Shown: positions 37,633-48,445 of the stretch, in pieces
Position numbering within the stretch: the first letter of the stretch is position 1
Layout of the letters: each line of letters starts with the position of its first letter
Source: Gemmatimonadales bacterium
Lineage (GTDB): Bacteria > Gemmatimonadota > Gemmatimonadetes > Gemmatimonadales > GWC2-71-9
NCBI GenBank assembly: GCA_041615815.1
Contig: JBFJCP010000011.1
Span: 47,684-111,683 of the forward strand
DNA: 64,000 nucleotides
Direction of reading: 5' to 3'
Program-made: the position numbers and the translations under genes
The notes under the pieces: model-generated
The model's input: only the letters and a program-made list of their open reading frames with translations
The model's database searches: none
Told to the model about the DNA's origin: nothing

Positions 37633-37902
37633 GCCCTTCAAGGGCATACGGTGGTTGGAACTCGTCTTGCGTGACGACGTGCGCCCGACCACCTCGCGTA
37701 ACGGCCCACTGGGTCTCGCCGCTGCCACGCGACATTCTATTGGTGTCACTCAATGACATGTCCCCATGATCCCCGCCGGTCAGCGCCTCGGGTGTTGCCA
37801 CTCCCGCTGTAGAAGTTGCCAAGCGTCGCCATGCCGGAGATCCATGACAGATTCCGCATCTCGGCAGTGGGTGGCAGTGGGTGGTAGGATCCTGCAGCGG
37901 TC

Positions 37903-38853
37903 ATGAAGACGACACTGGGATCGACCGGAGTGGCTCGCGTACTTGTCGTGCTGGGCCTTTCGATAGGCGGGTGTTCTGAGAAGCCCGAATCGGTGAAGCT
38001 CTCCCGCACTGGGTTCGTCGAGCGGGACGGCGCTCGGCTCCGTTATACCGTCGCCGGGAATGGGGTACCCCTGATCGTGATTCCGGGGGGACCGGGCTTC
38101 GGCTACACCTATTTGTACGACGACCTCACGCGTCTCCTCGCCGACCGGTACCAGCTCGTGTTCTATGACCAACGGGGCAGCGGGGGTTCGAGCGGCGGCG
38201 AGGATTCCCTACGACTGACGATGGCAGCCTACGTAGCAGATCTCGACGCCCTGAGAGCCGCCGCAGGAATCCAGCGCGTCAACCTCCTCGGTCACTCGTT
38301 TGGTGGGCTGCTCGCGATGCACTATGCCATGGCGCACCCGAATCGGGTGGCATCGTTGATTCTGATGGACTCCGACCCCGGGAGCTGGACGCTGTGGAGG
38401 CAGTTTTCAACCGTGATCGAGTCGCGTCGCGTCGATACCGATACTCGCGCGCTCCGAGCCATCCAAGCGGTCTCCGGCTGGGAACGTCGTCCTCAGGACG
38501 TGGAGCGTTATTTTCGAGTGCTCTTGCGACCCTACTTTGTGGACGGATCACACGCCGAACGGCTTCGGTTTGGGTTTGATGAAAGATCGGTGCTGCAGCG
38601 AGAGCTAACCTATCGTCACATCCGTGACGATCTGGGACAGTGGGATATCCACAGCGACCTAAAGAGTATTTCCAGCCCCACGTTGGTGGTGTATGGTGCG
38701 GAAACAATCTTCCCTCGAGAAGCGGGCGAGAGACTTCGCGCGGGTATCCCCAAGGCTCGGCTCGTGGTCATCGACGCCGCCGGACACTTCCCTCACATGG
38801 AAGCACCCGATACGTTCACCGCGGCCGTCCGGCAATTCCTACGGCCGCGGTAG
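37903..38853 (+). CDS. Alpha/beta hydrolase (proline iminopeptidase-like), lipoprotein
   Basis: GGPG, YDQRGSG, GHSFGG nucleophile elbow, AGHFPHME. Confidence 0.9.
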   Translation: MKTTLGSTGVARVLVVLGLSIGGCSEKPESVKLSRTGFVERDGARLRYTVAGNGVPLIVIPGGPGFGYTYLYDDLTRLLADRYQLVFYDQRGSGGSSGGEDSLRLTMAAYVADLDALRAAAGIQRVNLLGHSFGGLLAMHYAMAHPNRVASLILMDSDPGSWTLWRQFSTVIESRRVDTDTRALRAIQAVSGWERRPQDVERYFRVLLRPYFVDGSHAERLRFGFDERSVLQRELTYRHIRDDLGQWDIHSDLKSISSPTLVVYGAETIFPREAGERLRAGIPKARLVVIDAAGHFPHMEAPDTFTAAVRQFLRPR

Positions 38854-38854
38854 G

Positions 38855-39853
38855 TCAGTCCTCGTCGTCCTCCAATTCTGCGGGCGCCGGGTGCTCCGAC
38901 CCATGGAGATCGAGAGCTTTGGCGCCAGCCAAGCCCACGATACCCGGCAGGTTCAACGAGTCCGCTAGCCCGGAAGGCACCACCATCAACGACCCCCGCT
39001 TTACGATGCTCTCATAGAGCATGTTCATGGCGCGCAGATTGAGCGCCACGGGATTCTTCCCGTAGCTTTCCGCCGCTTCGATGAACTTGGACGCGATCTC
39101 TGTCTCCGCGGTACCGAGAATGATCCGTGCCTGCCGCTCGCGCTCGGCCTGCGCCTGGCGGGACATCGCTTCCTCGAGGGCCTTGGGAATGATCACGTCT
39201 CGGATCTCCACGGACTGCACCTGTATGCCCCAGTCGTGCATCTTGCGATCCAGCGTCTCCTGCAACCCACGGCCTAACTCTTTCCGTGACTGAATCAATT
39301 CGGCAAGGTCGTGCTTGCCGATGGCGTCCCGGAGCGCGGTCTGGGCCGCCAGGATGACCGCCTGTTCGTAGTCCTGGACTTCGAGGGCGGCACGTTCGGC
39401 ATCGTAGACGATCCAAAAAGCGATCGCGTCCACGTTCACGGGCACGGTGTCTTTCGTGAGACACGACTCGGCTCCGAAGTCTGTGGTGCGAATCCGCTGG
39501 TCGATGTGATAGGAGATCCGGTCCACCACCGGCACGATGTAAAAGAAGCCTGGACCGCGCAGGCCCTGGTACTTCCCCAACCGAAGGACCACCGCTTTCT
39601 CCCACTGATCCGAGTACTTGATGGAGGATCCAACGAACAATCCCGTGAGGGCCGACACAATGGGTGTCACCAGCACTCGAAACGGCTCCCAATCGATCGG
39701 AAGTAGCAGCATCACCCCAGCCATGGCCGCCGCGGCCACCAAGCCAGAGAGGGCGGCCACCACAGGATATCGAGTGTCATTCGGCGAGCTGTGCCCTCCA
39801 GTTCGCTGAATGCCTTTGGTCGTAATCACGCTTGGTAAGAAAGTCTCCGCCAT
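38855..39853 (-). CDS. SPFH/stomatin (slipin) family protein
   Basis: AVVLRLG; LTKDTVPVNVDA; AQTALRDAIG; RQAQAERERQAR. Confidence 0.93.
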   Translation of the reverse strand: MAETFLPSVITTKGIQRTGGHSSPNDTRYPVVAALSGLVAAAAMAGVMLLLPIDWEPFRVLVTPIVSALTGLFVGSSIKYSDQWEKAVVLRLGKYQGLRGPGFFYIVPVVDRISYHIDQRIRTTDFGAESCLTKDTVPVNVDAIAFWIVYDAERAALEVQDYEQAVILAAQTALRDAIGKHDLAELIQSRKELGRGLQETLDRKMHDWGIQVQSVEIRDVIIPKALEEAMSRQAQAERERQARIILGTAETEIASKFIEAAESYGKNPVALNLRAMNMLYESIVKRGSLMVVPSGLADSLNLPGIVGLAGAKALDLHGSEHPAPAELEDDED

Positions 39854-39855
39854 GG

Positions 39856-40290
39856 TCAGCCGCCTCCAGCTCCGGTATCGCGTCGAGATGTGCGTAGATC
39901 CCCGAGCATCTCGATGAGCTCGTCAACAGTGAAGTCGAGGGCCTCAGCGTGCCCGATGAGATCTCGACAGAGTCGTTCGAGCTGCGATCGGCGCTCGAGC
40001 TCCGAACGATTGGGCTGGGAGAGACTGACGAATGTCCCCCGGCCCTGTTTGGACGTGAGGACGCCGAGAAGTTCGAGCTCCTCGTACGCCCGCTCAACGG
40101 TCTTGGGACTGATACTCAGGTCAATCGCGAGTTGACGCACGGTGGGCAGGCGAGCTCCCGTCTCCAACACACCGGTGATCACCTCGTGCCACAGCTGGCT
40201 GGCGATCTGACGGTAGAGGGGCTCCCGACCCGCCATATCCAGATAGATCGCCAAGCGTTGAGCCAGATCCGCACGAACCCTGTCGGCCAT
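39856..40290 (-). CDS. GntR family transcriptional regulator (YtrA-like, short)
   Basis: PLYRQI; RLPTVRQLA; TVERAYEELE; GRGTFV. Confidence 0.92.
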   Translation of the reverse strand: MADRVRADLAQRLAIYLDMAGREPLYRQIASQLWHEVITGVLETGARLPTVRQLAIDLSISPKTVERAYEELELLGVLTSKQGRGTFVSLSQPNRSELERRSQLERLCRDLIGHAEALDFTVDELIEMLGDLRTSRRDTGAGGG

Positions 40291-40312
40291 CGCTCTCCCC
40301 CTGCGTCCCTCC

Positions 40313-40319
40313 TAGAATA
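40313..40319. promoter_or_regulatory. Candidate bidirectional -10 element (TAGAATA) between divergent gntR and VOC genes
   Basis: TAGAAT on + overlapping TATTCT on -. Confidence 0.4.
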
Positions 40320-40412
40320 GCGTAGGCGAGACCCCGACACCACGGTCCGGCATTGCCCGGCCGCTGCTGGCGACGCAACTTCCGGCCGGCGCTCATGAAG
40401 GGTGGGACACAT

Positions 40413-40874
40413 ATGACGGTGCACATTGGACACGCGCATCTGAAGGTGCGGAACCTCGAGCGCTCGATCGACTTCTACACACAGTTTCTCGATCTCACCA
40501 TCCGAGAGCAGGTGGATAATCGTTGGGCCTTTCTCTCGGGCACGGATGTCCATCACGAGCTGGCGTTGCAAGAGGTGGGTGCCGACGCCCCCCTCCCCAG
40601 CCGGTGGCATGTAGGCCTCTTTCACATTGCGTTCGAAGTGCCAACCCGCATGGCATTAGCGAGGTACTTCCATCGGCTTGTCGAGCGGGACGTCCCCGTG
40701 GTTGCGGTCGACCATCGCATCAGCTGGGCCGTGTACTTCGGCGATCCGGATGGGAACGGATTGGAACTCTATTGCGACACCCGTGGGGACGAGGACGGTG
40801 CCGAGCGATGGGAGGGCGTAGACCGACCATTGCCTGCAGAGCGGCTCCTGGCGGCTCTGGGAACGGCCTCTTGA
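40413..40874 (+). CDS. VOC family protein (CatE-like glyoxalase)
   Basis: IGHAHLKV, HHELAL, GLFHIAF, DH and YFGDPDGNGLELY motifs. Confidence 0.9.
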   Translation: MTVHIGHAHLKVRNLERSIDFYTQFLDLTIREQVDNRWAFLSGTDVHHELALQEVGADAPLPSRWHVGLFHIAFEVPTRMALARYFHRLVERDVPVVAVDHRISWAVYFGDPDGNGLELYCDTRGDEDGAERWEGVDRPLPAERLLAALGTAS

Positions 40875-40921
40875 ATACGGGCGCCGTGTCGATACCCCAT
40901 TGGCCAGTCAGCGGATACGGC

Positions 40922-41494
40922 ATGCGTGTTGCGCTCACCGTGTGGTTCATGACGGGTCTTGGATGGTCGTTCCAGGGCTCCTCGCTGTTCGCGCAGCAAG
41001 AGACGCCGGAAGACGTCGCCCAGCGTTACGTCAGCGCGATGCAAGCCGCCGATTGGGACACGATGGCCGGGCTCATGGACCAGAGCGCGCTAAAATCCAT
41101 GCGGGACCTGCTGAGCCCGCTCTTCGACTTACCCGAGGCGGCCGAACTCCGCCAGCGATTTCTGGGCGTCGAGACCGTCGATGAGGCAGCAGCGCTCTCG
41201 GATACAGCCGTGTTTGCGCGATTCATGCAATTCGTCGGCTCCCAAGAACCATCACTGCAGGAGGCCCTCAAGACGTCTCGCATGCGAGTGATCGGGCACA
41301 TTCCCGAGGGGGGCGATACCGTTCATGTGGTCTATCGCATGACCATGACCGTGGAAGGAATCACGATGACGCGGCTCGACGTGTTCAGCCTCCGACAACA
41401 TGGAGAGACGTGGCGGGGGTTGTTGGCCGGGGACGTGTCGGCATTGGCGGCAGCACTACGGGCGGCACTGGAGCCGTATCCAGATCCACGATGA
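40922..41494 (+). CDS. Exported hypothetical protein (NTF2-like fold possible)
   Basis: Signal peptide ending LFA-Q; TPEDVAQRY...DW. Start uncertain. Confidence 0.7.
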   Translation: MRVALTVWFMTGLGWSFQGSSLFAQQETPEDVAQRYVSAMQAADWDTMAGLMDQSALKSMRDLLSPLFDLPEAAELRQRFLGVETVDEAAALSDTAVFARFMQFVGSQEPSLQEALKTSRMRVIGHIPEGGDTVHVVYRMTMTVEGITMTRLDVFSLRQHGETWRGLLAGDVSALAAALRAALEPYPDPR

Positions 41495-41513
41495 CTCAAA
41501 GGACGCCGATCGC

Positions 41514-41867
41514 ATGAGCGATACCCATCACGAGAGCACGGTAGAGTTCACCGGCCTGATTGCGGGGTTGGCCGCAACGGCAGCTGCAACGCTGCAAAAG
41601 GTCGAAGCCCTGGCGAACGTGGGCACGGATACGGCAAGCGCATCTTCGCCACAAGACGACGAGCCCTCTCCCGCGGAGCGCGGCAAGCAAATCAGGGACG
41701 CCTTGAGCACGGCTCGGCAGCTCATCGACACCATTGCGATGCTGGAGACCAAGACCAAAGGCAACGTCACGAGCGGCGAGCAGCAATTCTTGGAACGAGC
41801 GCTCTCCGAACTCCGCATTACCTTCGTGCGCGTCGCCGATCGCGTGAAACCGCTCACCCGAACATGA
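41514..41867 (+). CDS. DUF1844 domain protein
   Basis: ARQLIDTIAMLETKTKGN...EQQFL...LSELR. Confidence 0.8.
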   Translation: MSDTHHESTVEFTGLIAGLAATAAATLQKVEALANVGTDTASASSPQDDEPSPAERGKQIRDALSTARQLIDTIAMLETKTKGNVTSGEQQFLERALSELRITFVRVADRVKPLTRT

Positions 41868-41877
41868 GGAATTGTCC

Positions 41878-42201
41878 GTGGCCGTTGCATTACTCGTCCT
41901 CCTCGTGCTCGCCGTATTGGTTGTCACCTTGCTCAACCGCCCGGTAGGCGCTCGCTACCCCAATCGGTTGGAGATTGGCTCTATCGTGATCGAGTTCTCG
42001 AAGATCGACCGATTGTGCTACGCGGTGGCCGCCGCAGCGGTGCTGATCGGGGTGGTGGCCGGTCTGCTTCTCATTTGGGGTCCGCGCAATCAGGATATGG
42101 TTGGGAAGGTCCTGGCGACCGCTGCGGTCGGTTTCCTCGGGGCGGTGTTCATCCTGGTGCTCAATCGGCTGATGCGTGGTCCGCGCGGAGCTGCCTCGTG
42201 A
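41878..42201 (+). CDS. Hypothetical membrane protein
   Basis: Three TM segments; GAGGA SD; GTGA overlap with the next gene. Confidence 0.65.
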   Translation: MAVALLVLLVLAVLVVTLLNRPVGARYPNRLEIGSIVIEFSKIDRLCYAVAAAAVLIGVVAGLLLIWGPRNQDMVGKVLATAAVGFLGAVFILVLNRLMRGPRGAAS

Positions 42202-43535
42202 CCGACGCGACCTCGTCGCCAGGAAGGGGGCGGGATCGCCAGATCGGCATCTTCATTCCCGGGCTCGCAGGCCAGCGCCCGTCGGTACCGGTATGCATCC
42301 GCGAGCTCGAGCGACGTGCGCGAGCGCGCCTGTCCCCCGAGGCTGATGCGTATGTCGCCGGCGGTGCCGGTGCCGAGCGTACCATGGCGGCAAACCGCGC
42401 GGCGTTCGACCGGTGGCGCATCGTCCCCCGTATGCTTCGCGACGTGACCCGGCGGGATCTCACCGTCGAGCTTTTCGGTGCGCGCCTCCCCACCCCACTG
42501 CTGCTCGCACCGATTGGCGTGTTGGAATTAGTCCACCCACAGGCGGATCTCGCCGTGGCCCGCGCCGCCGCCCAACGCGGGGTACCCATGGTGTTTTCCA
42601 ACCAAGCCTCCCACGCCATGGAGGCCTGCGCGGGCGTCATGGGTGATGCCCCTCGTTGGTTCCAGCTCTATTGGAGCGAATCGGACGAGCTGGTTCGCAG
42701 CTTTGTGGCCCGCGCCGAGCGCTGCGGATGCCAAGCCATCGTGCTGACCCTCGACACGACGATGCTGGGATGGCGGCCTCGGGACCTCGACCTCGCGTAC
42801 CTCCCCTTTCTTCGGGGAATGGGCATCGCGCAGTACACGAGCGATCCGACGTTTCGCGATGCCTTACGTCAAACCGAAACGAGGCGTACCAGTCCGCGGC
42901 CATCGATCAACCTCAAAACGTTGCTGGCGATCCGACAGCAGTTCCGAAACTACCCCGGCGCATTTCTCGCCAAGCTCAAGAGCGGTGCGCCGCGGGCAGC
43001 CGTGCAGAGGTTCATCGCCACATATTCTCGCCCGTCGCTGACGTGGAGCGACCTGCACACCCTTCGGGCACTCACCGAGCTTCCCATCCTCCTCAAAGGC
43101 ATTCTCCACCCCGACGATGCCCGCGCCGCCGTCGAGGCCGGTATGAACGGGATCGTGGTCTCGAACCATGGTGGTCGTCAGGTCGATGGCGCCATTGGGG
43201 CCTTGGATGCTCTGCCACCCATCGTGGAGGCCGTCGCCGGGCGCCTCCCCATCTTGCTCGACAGCGGTGTTCGGTCCGGTGCGGATGTGTTCAAGGCCAT
43301 TGCGCTCGGTGCCACCGCGGTGTTGATCGGTCGTCCGTACGTCTACGGGCTCGCACTCGATGGGGAACGTGGTGTTGGAGAGGTGATCGACAATGTGCTC
43401 GCCGAGCTCGACCTCACCATGGGCCTCGCCGGGTGTCGCAGCGTGAGGGAGATTGCAGATGGCCGGCTCGCTCGGTCGTCACCGAACTCGAGCGATGGGG
43501 CCGAAGCCGGCCGGCCGAGCAGAGCGTTCTCTTAG
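42198..43535 (+). CDS. FMN-dependent alpha-hydroxy-acid oxidase (lactate 2-monooxygenase-like)
   Basis: [39 protein letters not shown] and GRPY motifs. Confidence 0.92.
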   Translation: MTDATSSPGRGRDRQIGIFIPGLAGQRPSVPVCIRELERRARARLSPEADAYVAGGAGAERTMAANRAAFDRWRIVPRMLRDVTRRDLTVELFGARLPTPLLLAPIGVLELVHPQADLAVARAAAQRGVPMVFSNQASHAMEACAGVMGDAPRWFQLYWSESDELVRSFVARAERCGCQAIVLTLDTTMLGWRPRDLDLAYLPFLRGMGIAQYTSDPTFRDALRQTETRRTSPRPSINLKTLLAIRQQFRNYPGAFLAKLKSGAPRAAVQRFIATYSRPSLTWSDLHTLRALTELPILLKGILHPDDARAAVEAGMNGIVVSNHGGRQVDGAIGALDALPPIVEAVAGRLPILLDSGVRSGADVFKAIALGATAVLIGRPYVYGLALDGERGVGEVIDNVLAELDLTMGLAGCRSVREIADGRLARSSPNSSDGAEAGRPSRAFS

Positions 43536-45013
43536 TTCGCGATACGCGACTTGAGCGTGAGCGTTGGTCCGTAGCGACCGATCGTGCGGCGAACCCACCA
43601 CGCTGCGGTTTCGCGTCGCTCCTTCCAATCCGAGAATCGGTAGTCATACCACACGGCGCGTACGAATCGCGGTGGGTGGTCGCTGAATGGGGAGGGCGCG
43701 AGAAGACGGCGGACCGGTCCGGAACCCTCCAACAGTCGTGACAGCAGCGATTCCAGCCACGGAGAATCTTCATACCTCCGGAGGGCGGCGAACCACATTT
43801 GCCAGTCGAGCCTTGGCTGGTGGGGGGCGCAGAAACGGGGGCGCCGAAGGGGATCACCGGGCTTATATCGGAACGCGAATGGTACCCACGCCCTTCCGTC
43901 CTCGCTTCCTTGCAGGCTGATCTCGAGCCGCCGAGTGGTCATCACTCGGAAGAGGCCGTAGCCATTGATCACACGAAACGGATCGAGCAGCGCGAGCACA
44001 CGCTGCAACGGACCGGGCAACCGAGCGTTGGGGGAAAAGGTGCGAGCCAGCTTCAAGCCGCTCACGCCAACGATCACCAGCGCCAGAGCGATCATGCCGG
44101 GGCCCGGGAGCGCGGCGCCCTGTGGCTCCGCCAGCGTCGGTGCGAGCGATGCCGGTAGCACCGCAACCCAGACCCCATCATCCAGCAAGAGCAACGCGAG
44201 GGCCATGGTGAGGAGATTGAAAAAGTTGTAGTTGCCCGTCATCACGATCAGTATTTGCAGTCCAACGAGCCCCACGAAAGCGACGAGTCGCATGTTTCGC
44301 GTCCCAAAGATCAGTAACGGCACCGCGATTTCGAGAACGAGAGTCGCGATAACGGATATTTTGTGAAACCAGGTAGGGAGCTGATGAGCAAGCCACGCGG
44401 GACTCGTGGGTAGTGGCTGAGTGAAATAGTGATACTCTAGAGCCGTGAGATTCCGCCAGGTGGTGTCACCGCTCGTCAGCTTGCCGACACCGGACTGAAA
44501 CACGAGTCGGAACAGAAGCCACCAAAGAAGAAACAGCCCGAGCTGCGGTACCGGGTGGCCAGAATGCGGCCAGAGATGCCAGGGCGCCAGTAGCGCTGCC
44601 AACACGCTCGTCTCGACTAGGAGGGCATCCCATTGAAAGGCCATGAACTCCTGGCCCACCACGATGAACGACAGGTAGAGGCCGGCGAGCACGAGCAGTA
44701 TCGGGGCAGGCAGGATATCCAACACGACGAGGATCGATCCCACCGTGCCGATGCCACAGCCTAGATGTAAGCTCAGGTCCGAGCTGGACATCCAGAACAG
44801 CGTTGGCGCCTGAACGAACCGTTTGTGTCCGAAGTGAGCGCGCAGCGCCGATAGGAAGCTGGTGGCTGGAACGATTCCACGAGATCCGAACAGTCCGGTC
44901 ACCTGCACCCAAAGCGACACGAACGCGATGAGATGCACGATGCCCAGGAGACGGAGGAACAACCAGCTGGAGACGGCGTATGGAACCACGCCGTCCGCAA
45001 TCGAGTAACCCAT
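43532..45013 (-). CDS. Lipase maturation factor (LMF1) family membrane protein
   Basis: [33 protein letters not shown] and [15 protein letters not shown] motifs. Confidence 0.92.
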   Translation of the reverse strand: MGYSIADGVVPYAVSSWLFLRLLGIVHLIAFVSLWVQVTGLFGSRGIVPATSFLSALRAHFGHKRFVQAPTLFWMSSSDLSLHLGCGIGTVGSILVVLDILPAPILLVLAGLYLSFIVVGQEFMAFQWDALLVETSVLAALLAPWHLWPHSGHPVPQLGLFLLWWLLFRLVFQSGVGKLTSGDTTWRNLTALEYHYFTQPLPTSPAWLAHQLPTWFHKISVIATLVLEIAVPLLIFGTRNMRLVAFVGLVGLQILIVMTGNYNFFNLLTMALALLLLDDGVWVAVLPASLAPTLAEPQGAALPGPGMIALALVIVGVSGLKLARTFSPNARLPGPLQRVLALLDPFRVINGYGLFRVMTTRRLEISLQGSEDGRAWVPFAFRYKPGDPLRRPRFCAPHQPRLDWQMWFAALRRYEDSPWLESLLSRLLEGSGPVRRLLAPSPFSDHPPRFVRAVWYDYRFSDWKERRETAAWWVRRTIGRYGPTLTLKSRIAN

Positions 45014-45145
45014 CAGAGGAACCCGCCAGGGACGGCTTGCACCCAAAGGTACGTCGGGCGTGCCATGTCGCCCAACGGAAGCTGGGTGGACCCTCCATCC
45101 CTCGCTCGGGGACCGTCCTGACAGCCTGTCACACGGAGATTGTCC

Positions 45146-45697
45146 ATGCAGACTCGTCTCGTGCTCTCAGGGACTTTCACGGCGGCGTTGTTTCTCCTCT
45201 GCTCGGCTGACGCAGCGGCACAGCGCGTGCGGCGATCTCAGCCCGGATCCGTTTCCCAGACCATCGCCCGCACCGAGATCAGCGTGACGTACAATCGACC
45301 CGTGGCCCGGGGCAGGACCCTGTTTGGGCCGGGAGCCGTCGTTCCGTACGGTCGCCCGTGGAATCCGGGAGCCGACCAGGCCACCACGATCGAGATCACA
45401 AGCGATGTCGCGATCGAGGGACGGCCCCTCTCCGCTGGCCGTTACACGGTGTGGGCCATTCCCGGTGTCGATGAGTGGACCATAATCTTCAGTGAAGCCG
45501 TCGATATCTGGCACACGCCGTACCCGGGGACCGAGCGGGACGCTTTGCGCGTAGACGTCGTGCCAGTCGAGGGCCACCACATGGAGGTGTTGGCGTTTTA
45601 TTTCCCCGAAGTTGGGCGCGATTCGGCGACGTTGGTTTTGCACTGGGGCCCCACCGTCGTTCCCCTTTCGATTCGCTTGCCAACCACACCGTCCTGA
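45146..45697 (+). CDS. DUF2911 domain exported protein
   Basis: SQ...VSQTI...YNRP..RGR.LFG..VPYG..WNPGADQAT. Confidence 0.88.
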   Translation: MQTRLVLSGTFTAALFLLCSADAAAQRVRRSQPGSVSQTIARTEISVTYNRPVARGRTLFGPGAVVPYGRPWNPGADQATTIEITSDVAIEGRPLSAGRYTVWAIPGVDEWTIIFSEAVDIWHTPYPGTERDALRVDVVPVEGHHMEVLAFYFPEVGRDSATLVLHWGPTVVPLSIRLPTTPS

Positions 45698-45732
45698 GAC
45701 CCAGGGCCCGGGAACGGATGGGAGGGCGCGAC

Positions 45733-47127
45733 ATGATATTTTTCTCACGCTTACTCCGGCTGACTGTGCCGGCGCTGGCCCTCCAGGTCGGGGCGCTAGT
45801 CGCCCAAGTACCCACCAACGCGAGCACTCCCGAACAACCCTTCTTCGAATGGACGGAGCTCCGCTTCGCGTCCGACGTCTATGCTGGGAGACGAGATCGC
45901 CTCAAGCCCCTGTTGTGGGACAACGGCGGTGGAGTCTTCCTTGCTCCGAGCGCTGAAGGGACTTCACACGGTGAAACGTTCCGACAGCTCGACGATTTCC
46001 TCTACTTCACCGGTCTCGAGCTGCCGCACTCAGTCCTGGCGATCGATGCCGATGCGGGGCGAACGCTGCTCTTCGTTCCGTCACGGGATCCACGATTCGA
46101 AAACGGCACACGTCCAAACGATTTCCCAGGCCGACGTCTCGCTTCGGACCCCGAGTTGGTCAGGCGTTCCGGCATTGCCGAGATCAGACCCTACGATGAG
46201 TTGGCCGGCGTCGTCCGTGCCTGGGTTCGGCAGGGGCGGCTCATTTGGATGAACCTCGGCCGTGATGTGGATGTGGAGGAGATCGAGTCGGACTTCGTGA
46301 CGGACCTCGACCCGGTTCATGCCATGTTGGCGCACCTTCAACGCCAACATGCAACGGTTCGCATAGGAAACGCATACTCTGCAATCGCCCGGCTCCGTAT
46401 GATCAAAGGACCGGAGGAGGTCGAGGCAATCCGGCGAGCGTGCGCGGTCACCATAGGTGGTATCCGAGCCACTGCGCCTCACGTCGTGGACGGTACCGAT
46501 GAACGGACGCTTGCCGGTATTCTCGAAGGCGCCTTCAAGCGCGCCGGGGCGCACGGTCCCGCATTTGCCTCCATTATCAAATCTGGGCCGAACTCTCTGT
46601 GGCCGTGGAGGATTCTCGCGGCGCACTACGATCGCCGGAACCGGCCGATACGAGATGGCGAACTCGTGATTTTCGACGTGGGAGCCGAGCGCGACTATTA
46701 CGTCTGTGATGTGGGACGGACCTTCCCAGTCTCCGGCAGGTTCAGTGCATCCCAACGAGAAAAGCTCACAATGGTTACTGCCGTCGCCGACGAGATCATC
46801 GCAGCCATCCGACCTGGTGTCACCTTTGCCCAGCTCCGAGAGGTTGCGTATCACCACATTCCGCCCGAGGAGCAACCCCGGATGCAGACCGGGAGTTTCT
46901 TTGGGCATCACATCGGCCTATCCCCCGGCGATCCCAGCATCCTGCGCACGCCACTCCAACCGGGAATGATCTTCACTGTCGAGCCATGGTACTACAATCA
47001 CGACGCGGGGATTGCCGTGTTCGTGGAAGACGTGGTATTGGTCACGGAGCAAGGCGCTGAGAATCTGACCGGCCGGTTACCCCGGCGGGCATTGGAACTC
47101 GAGGCACTCATGGTAACAGCTCGGTAA
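45733..47127 (+). CDS. Xaa-Pro aminopeptidase (M24B) family, exported
   Basis: FRQLDDFLYFTG, RMIKGPEE, DVG...CDVGRT, GHHIG, TVEP and VED motifs. Confidence 0.9.
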   Translation: MIFFSRLLRLTVPALALQVGALVAQVPTNASTPEQPFFEWTELRFASDVYAGRRDRLKPLLWDNGGGVFLAPSAEGTSHGETFRQLDDFLYFTGLELPHSVLAIDADAGRTLLFVPSRDPRFENGTRPNDFPGRRLASDPELVRRSGIAEIRPYDELAGVVRAWVRQGRLIWMNLGRDVDVEEIESDFVTDLDPVHAMLAHLQRQHATVRIGNAYSAIARLRMIKGPEEVEAIRRACAVTIGGIRATAPHVVDGTDERTLAGILEGAFKRAGAHGPAFASIIKSGPNSLWPWRILAAHYDRRNRPIRDGELVIFDVGAERDYYVCDVGRTFPVSGRFSASQREKLTMVTAVADEIIAAIRPGVTFAQLREVAYHHIPPEEQPRMQTGSFFGHHIGLSPGDPSILRTPLQPGMIFTVEPWYYNHDAGIAVFVEDVVLVTEQGAENLTGRLPRRALELEALMVTAR

Positions 47128-47144
47128 TCTGCCGATACGAGAGG

Positions 47145-48185
47145 TTACGTCGAGGCCACTCCACCAACCAGCGTTATTCCGGCAGCAATCAGGGTCGCCT
47201 GCAGATCCATCTGATCCGCAATCGGCATGGCCGAAAGGCCGGCCCCGATGGCGTCTGCACGGATGCTGTCTGGCGCGGCACCCTCCGCGAGACGACGCCG
47301 CCATCCAGCGATTCGTGTCTTCCATACTTCCGCCACCGGGTCGGGCGGCCCGAGTGTCTCGCCCACACGCGGCGTGAGAAATAACGGCATCTCCGAAACC
47401 AGGGTGAGGGGATCACCACCGAACGAGCGGATCGTCTCCATCGAACTCGGGCGAAAATGCGCTGCTGTCTCGGGGTCGTGGCGCTCGAGGAAGAAGTCTC
47501 GCATGCTGCGTGAGTTCGGTCTCGTGCAGAAGCCTCTCGCGAGCCGGACGAATCCCTTTTCTCCATTCCGCTCCACGTCGTGGAGCTCGTACCCAAGGGC
47601 CTTCACCCGCGCGACACACCGCTGCCTCAGCGGCTCCATGCGGTCTTTCCACCCCGGCTCCACCAGGAACCATGGGCCGGCGGCAAACCCCATTCCATGA
47701 AGCGTGACGTGAAGGTGGAACGGACCAGGAGCCTCGTGCCACCACCTGTAGACCGCTTGGCTTTCTGGCCGGGCGCCACGGTCGCCGGCGTTTCGTGGAA
47801 AGCCAAATTCAAGATCGTCTCCCGGAGCTTCGCGCACGACATTGCGCAGATAGGCGGCGATATCGTAGATCGGATCATGCTCGCCGTACCATGCCTGGTT
47901 CTTGGCCTCCCCATCGGGATTGATATGAGGCACGATCCACCACTCGCAGTGTGTGAGAAGGGGATCATCCGGTGGCCTTTCCGACAGATACGCCACCAGC
48001 TGCCGCAGCAGACGTGGCCCCACTGGTTCATCGGCGTGACAGCCCCCAATCACACTCACGCGGATCCTGCCGTGGCCCAGTCGATAGGCAACGATCGGTC
48101 TCGCCTCGCGGGACGCACCGATTTCCTCCCCTGAAGTTGGCAGCGTCGGCTCGGTGGCGAGGATATCCGCAATTGGCAGTTCCAT
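47145..48185 (-). CDS. M14-like zinc carboxypeptidase family protein
   Basis: IGASREARPI, GCHADEPVG, PHINPDG, PE and TLH motifs. Confidence 0.8.
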   Translation of the reverse strand: MELPIADILATEPTLPTSGEEIGASREARPIVAYRLGHGRIRVSVIGGCHADEPVGPRLLRQLVAYLSERPPDDPLLTHCEWWIVPHINPDGEAKNQAWYGEHDPIYDIAAYLRNVVREAPGDDLEFGFPRNAGDRGARPESQAVYRWWHEAPGPFHLHVTLHGMGFAAGPWFLVEPGWKDRMEPLRQRCVARVKALGYELHDVERNGEKGFVRLARGFCTRPNSRSMRDFFLERHDPETAAHFRPSSMETIRSFGGDPLTLVSEMPLFLTPRVGETLGPPDPVAEVWKTRIAGWRRRLAEGAAPDSIRADAIGAGLSAMPIADQMDLQATLIAAGITLVGGVAST

Positions 48186-48445
48186 GACAACACGATAGTG
48201 AGGCCAGGACGTTCGCGGCAACGGTCGTGGTGCTCCGTCTCAGTGATCCGTGCGGCACCGCCCCACTCGCAGTGTTCGCGGCAGGCACATCGTGGCAGCG
48301 AGGGACGAGTGGGGCCTGAGGATGAGCGGCGTCGGGTGGGCCATCATCGCGATAGGACGCCTCGAATCGGCAAGATGAACCCTTGCACCCGCTTCGCGTA
48401 TATACTCAGAGGACCTCAAACACGCCTGTCTCGCGAGGAAGGCTC

